Shown: positions 61,951 to 64,000 of the stretch, in pieces
Layout: each line of letters opens with the position of its first letter
How positions within the stretch are numbered: position 1 is the stretch's first letter
Notes under the pieces: model-generated
Databases searched by the model: none
What the model saw: only the letters and a program-made list of their open reading frames with translations
Told to the model about the DNA's origin: nothing
Made by a program: the position numbers and the translations under genes
Source of the DNA: Basidiobolus meristosporus CBS 931.73
Lineage: Eukaryota; Fungi; Basidiobolomycota
DNA: 64,000 nt
Direction of reading: 5' to 3'
Assembly: GCA_002104905.1 (NCBI GenBank)
Contig: MCFE01000180.1
Span: 1 to 64,000 of the forward strand

Positions 61951-63054
61951 CACTTGTTCCATTGGATAGTGCAACATTGAGCCATGAGTGCCAAATGATG
62001 CCATAGTGTGCCAGAGAGGCCAATTGAGCCTCTACCCGGTCACAGAGTGTGAAACATAGCTCCGCATCTTCATGCAAAGCAGCCCCTGTGTTTCACCCAT
62101 TGTGTTGGAGAAAATCCATTTTTTGATCTTATTTTTTGGATCAATGTTGTGCAGGATGTGTTAGAGCACAAGCAGATTGAAGATATGCATCTGGTACTCA
62201 TGTTATGATCTACCGCTTGAATGTTTAAGTTAGATCAGTTTTTAGTCAAATCAATTAGTATATGTTTAGGTTATCAGTATATCAGTATTATCTATGAAAT
62301 CAGTAGCATTAGTCAGCAAATGAATCAGCAGATCCTTATCAGACAGAAATAGATATATTAAGTAGGTTCTTATTGGGTGATGATGATGCAATCAAATGAG
62401 TCATCCGCCACAACCTACATTAGGAAATACATTTAGTCAGCAATTGATCTGGCAAAATGTATATAAGGAGCTGCTGGAACCTCAATAAAAATCAGTTCAA
62501 GTTTTAGTGAATACAATACTAGCTAAACTCCCTATTCCTCAACAACTCTTATACCAACACTTGTAACACTCAATACCCATGGCACTCTGAATCTAGCTCC
62601 TGTAGCTTGTATCATGTCACAAAAATGAATGGCACTATCTTGGTCCACTGGTACTATCTGGCACTATATTTAATTATTAGCCCTAAAGTAAGATCTATAC
62701 AAAGCACTTAGAGTGCCAGATAGTACCAGTGGACCAAGATAGTGCCATTCATTTTTGTGACATGAAACAAGCTACAGGAGCTAGATTCAGAGTGCCATGG
62801 GTATTGAGTACCAGATGCATATCTTCAGTTCTCCTGTGCTCTTACACATCCTGAGCTACATTGATCCACAAAAAAAGGTCAAAAAATGGATTTTCTCCTG
62901 CGCAATGGGTGAAACACAGGGGTTGCTTTACATGAAGATGCAGAGCTATGTTTCACACTCTGTGGCCAAGTATAGGCTCACTTGACCTCTCTGGCACACT
63001 ATGGCATCATTTGGCACTCATGGCTCAATGTGGCACTATCCAACGGAACAATTC
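61951..63054. mobile_element. Foldback (long inverted repeat) non-autonomous element
   Basis: Arms 61954-62665 (excluding the nested LTR) and 62712-63051, about 340 bp each, with a 46-nt spacer. Flanks TAATA/TAATG. Inserted in the B2 LTR. Confidence 0.85.
62201..62568 (+). mobile_element. Solo LTR, Gypsy family G, TSD CTCA
   Basis: TGTTATGATC..TTGTAACA with perfect 4-bp TSD CTCA. Removing it restores the foldback arm. Confidence 0.95.
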
Positions 63055-63239
63055 TAATGTTTGGTAAAAGTGCTAATTTGATCAGACTAAAGCAGAATAA
63101 TCATAGGATCTGACATCTGAAGAAGCTGGCAAATTTGGGGCTCTATGTGAGTGCTACAGTTATCAAGACTAGTCTAGAATTGTTAGGTAAGCTTTGAGCT
63201 GCTGAATGATACCAAATAGTCTAATATTTCAACAGTGCT

Positions 63240-63680
63240 TGCTACTCAACTGATTATCCATGCATAGGACCTCCTATTAGTACCTGCAACTTCACCTGTC
63301 ATCCCATCCACCAAAATATCTGCTCCATAGGAAACATCTAAAAGATGAAGCAATGTACAATTTTCTCCACACACCTGGAAAGATGCAATGGAGAATGGAT
63401 GCCGTAGTGACAGTGATTTAGATGTTCAGCTTTAGGCTTGTGGTATAGCCTGCCAATGACTGTGACAAATACTTGAGATACCAAATGCTCTCCAATATTT
63501 GCCAATTCCGCAAACTGTCCAGTATCTTGGAGATCACATTGTGCTTCAAGTGCCCTGATACAAGTTGCACATTAATATTGAAATATTGTTTGAGTGCAAA
63601 TGCATACTCCCAGTGGGAAGATTTTGCTCTAACACATTCTTTACATCTCAAGTATCTCTACTTTGTAATACATTTCATAT
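63240..63680 (-). pseudogene. CACTA transposase C-terminal relic
   Basis: CTGCTCCATAGGAAAC..AAAAGATGAAGCA matches the FPMER-encoding segments at about 21410 and 23085. Confidence 0.65.
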
Positions 63681-63685
63681 TTAAG

Positions 63686-64000
63686 TGTTACAAGTTTTAG
63701 TGTAAGAGTTGTGGAGGAATAGAGAGTTTAGCTAGTATTGTATTCACTAAAACTTGAACTGACTTTTATTGAGGTTCCAGCAGCTCCTGATATACAATTT
63801 TGCCAGATCAATTGCTGACTAATTGTATTTCCTAATGTATGCTGTTGCTGGTGACTCATTTGATTGCATCATCATCACCCAATTAGATCCCATTTAATAT
63901 GTCTATTTTGGTCTGATAAGGATCTGCTGATTCATTTGCTGACTAATGCTATTGATTTGATAGATAATGCTGATTTACTGATAAGCCAACATTACACCAA
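63686..64000 (-). mobile_element. Gypsy family G LTR, cut by the window end
   Basis: TGTTACAAG.. colinear with 53379 onward. Confidence 0.88.

Larger units (their letters stand above)
58525..63234 (-). mobile_element. Heavily decayed Copia family B copy (B2)
   Basis: Internal region colinear with about 54250-57690. 5' LTR 61758-63234 is expanded by two nested insertions. PBS deleted; RH and 3' LTR missing. Confidence 0.85.

Noticed and set aside
1-64000. CRISPR arrays, rRNA or tRNA genes, prokaryotic defence operons
   Set aside because: No repeat-spacer arrays or RNA-gene structures seen. The tRNA-related matches are only 11-12 nt primer-binding sites.

Overview
Eukaryotic, fungal-type DNA with short GT-AG introns (58-76 nt) and no prokaryotic features. 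An early-diverging fungus with a TE-inflated genome is my inference from the gene set, not a certainty. The window has two parts. About 0.3-17.5 kb is a CpG-retaining gene island, interrupted by a TE relic at about 2.1-3.5 kb. It holds an intronless fungal GTE/LigE-type glutathione transferase closely resembling the Epichloe-derived trichothecene-detoxifying Fhb7, a secreted class 3 lipase, an ACOT13-like thioesterase, a Git3/cAMP-receptor-like 7TM GPCR and an ANKRD13-like protein. About 17.5-64 kb is CpG-depleted nested transposon DNA. It holds decayed CACTA/En-Spm elements with a large divergently oriented accessory ORF, two Ty1/Copia families with half-tRNA(iMet) primer sites, and a Ty3/Gypsy family with one intact, very young copy (1377-aa ORF, LTRs 368/369 identical). 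It also holds a 1.07-kb TG..CA element with 4-bp TSDs and a foldback element with about 340-bp arms. The best candidate for new biology is the Fhb7-like GST, a possible independent horizontal transfer. All family assignments come from motif recognition by eye; no searches were run.
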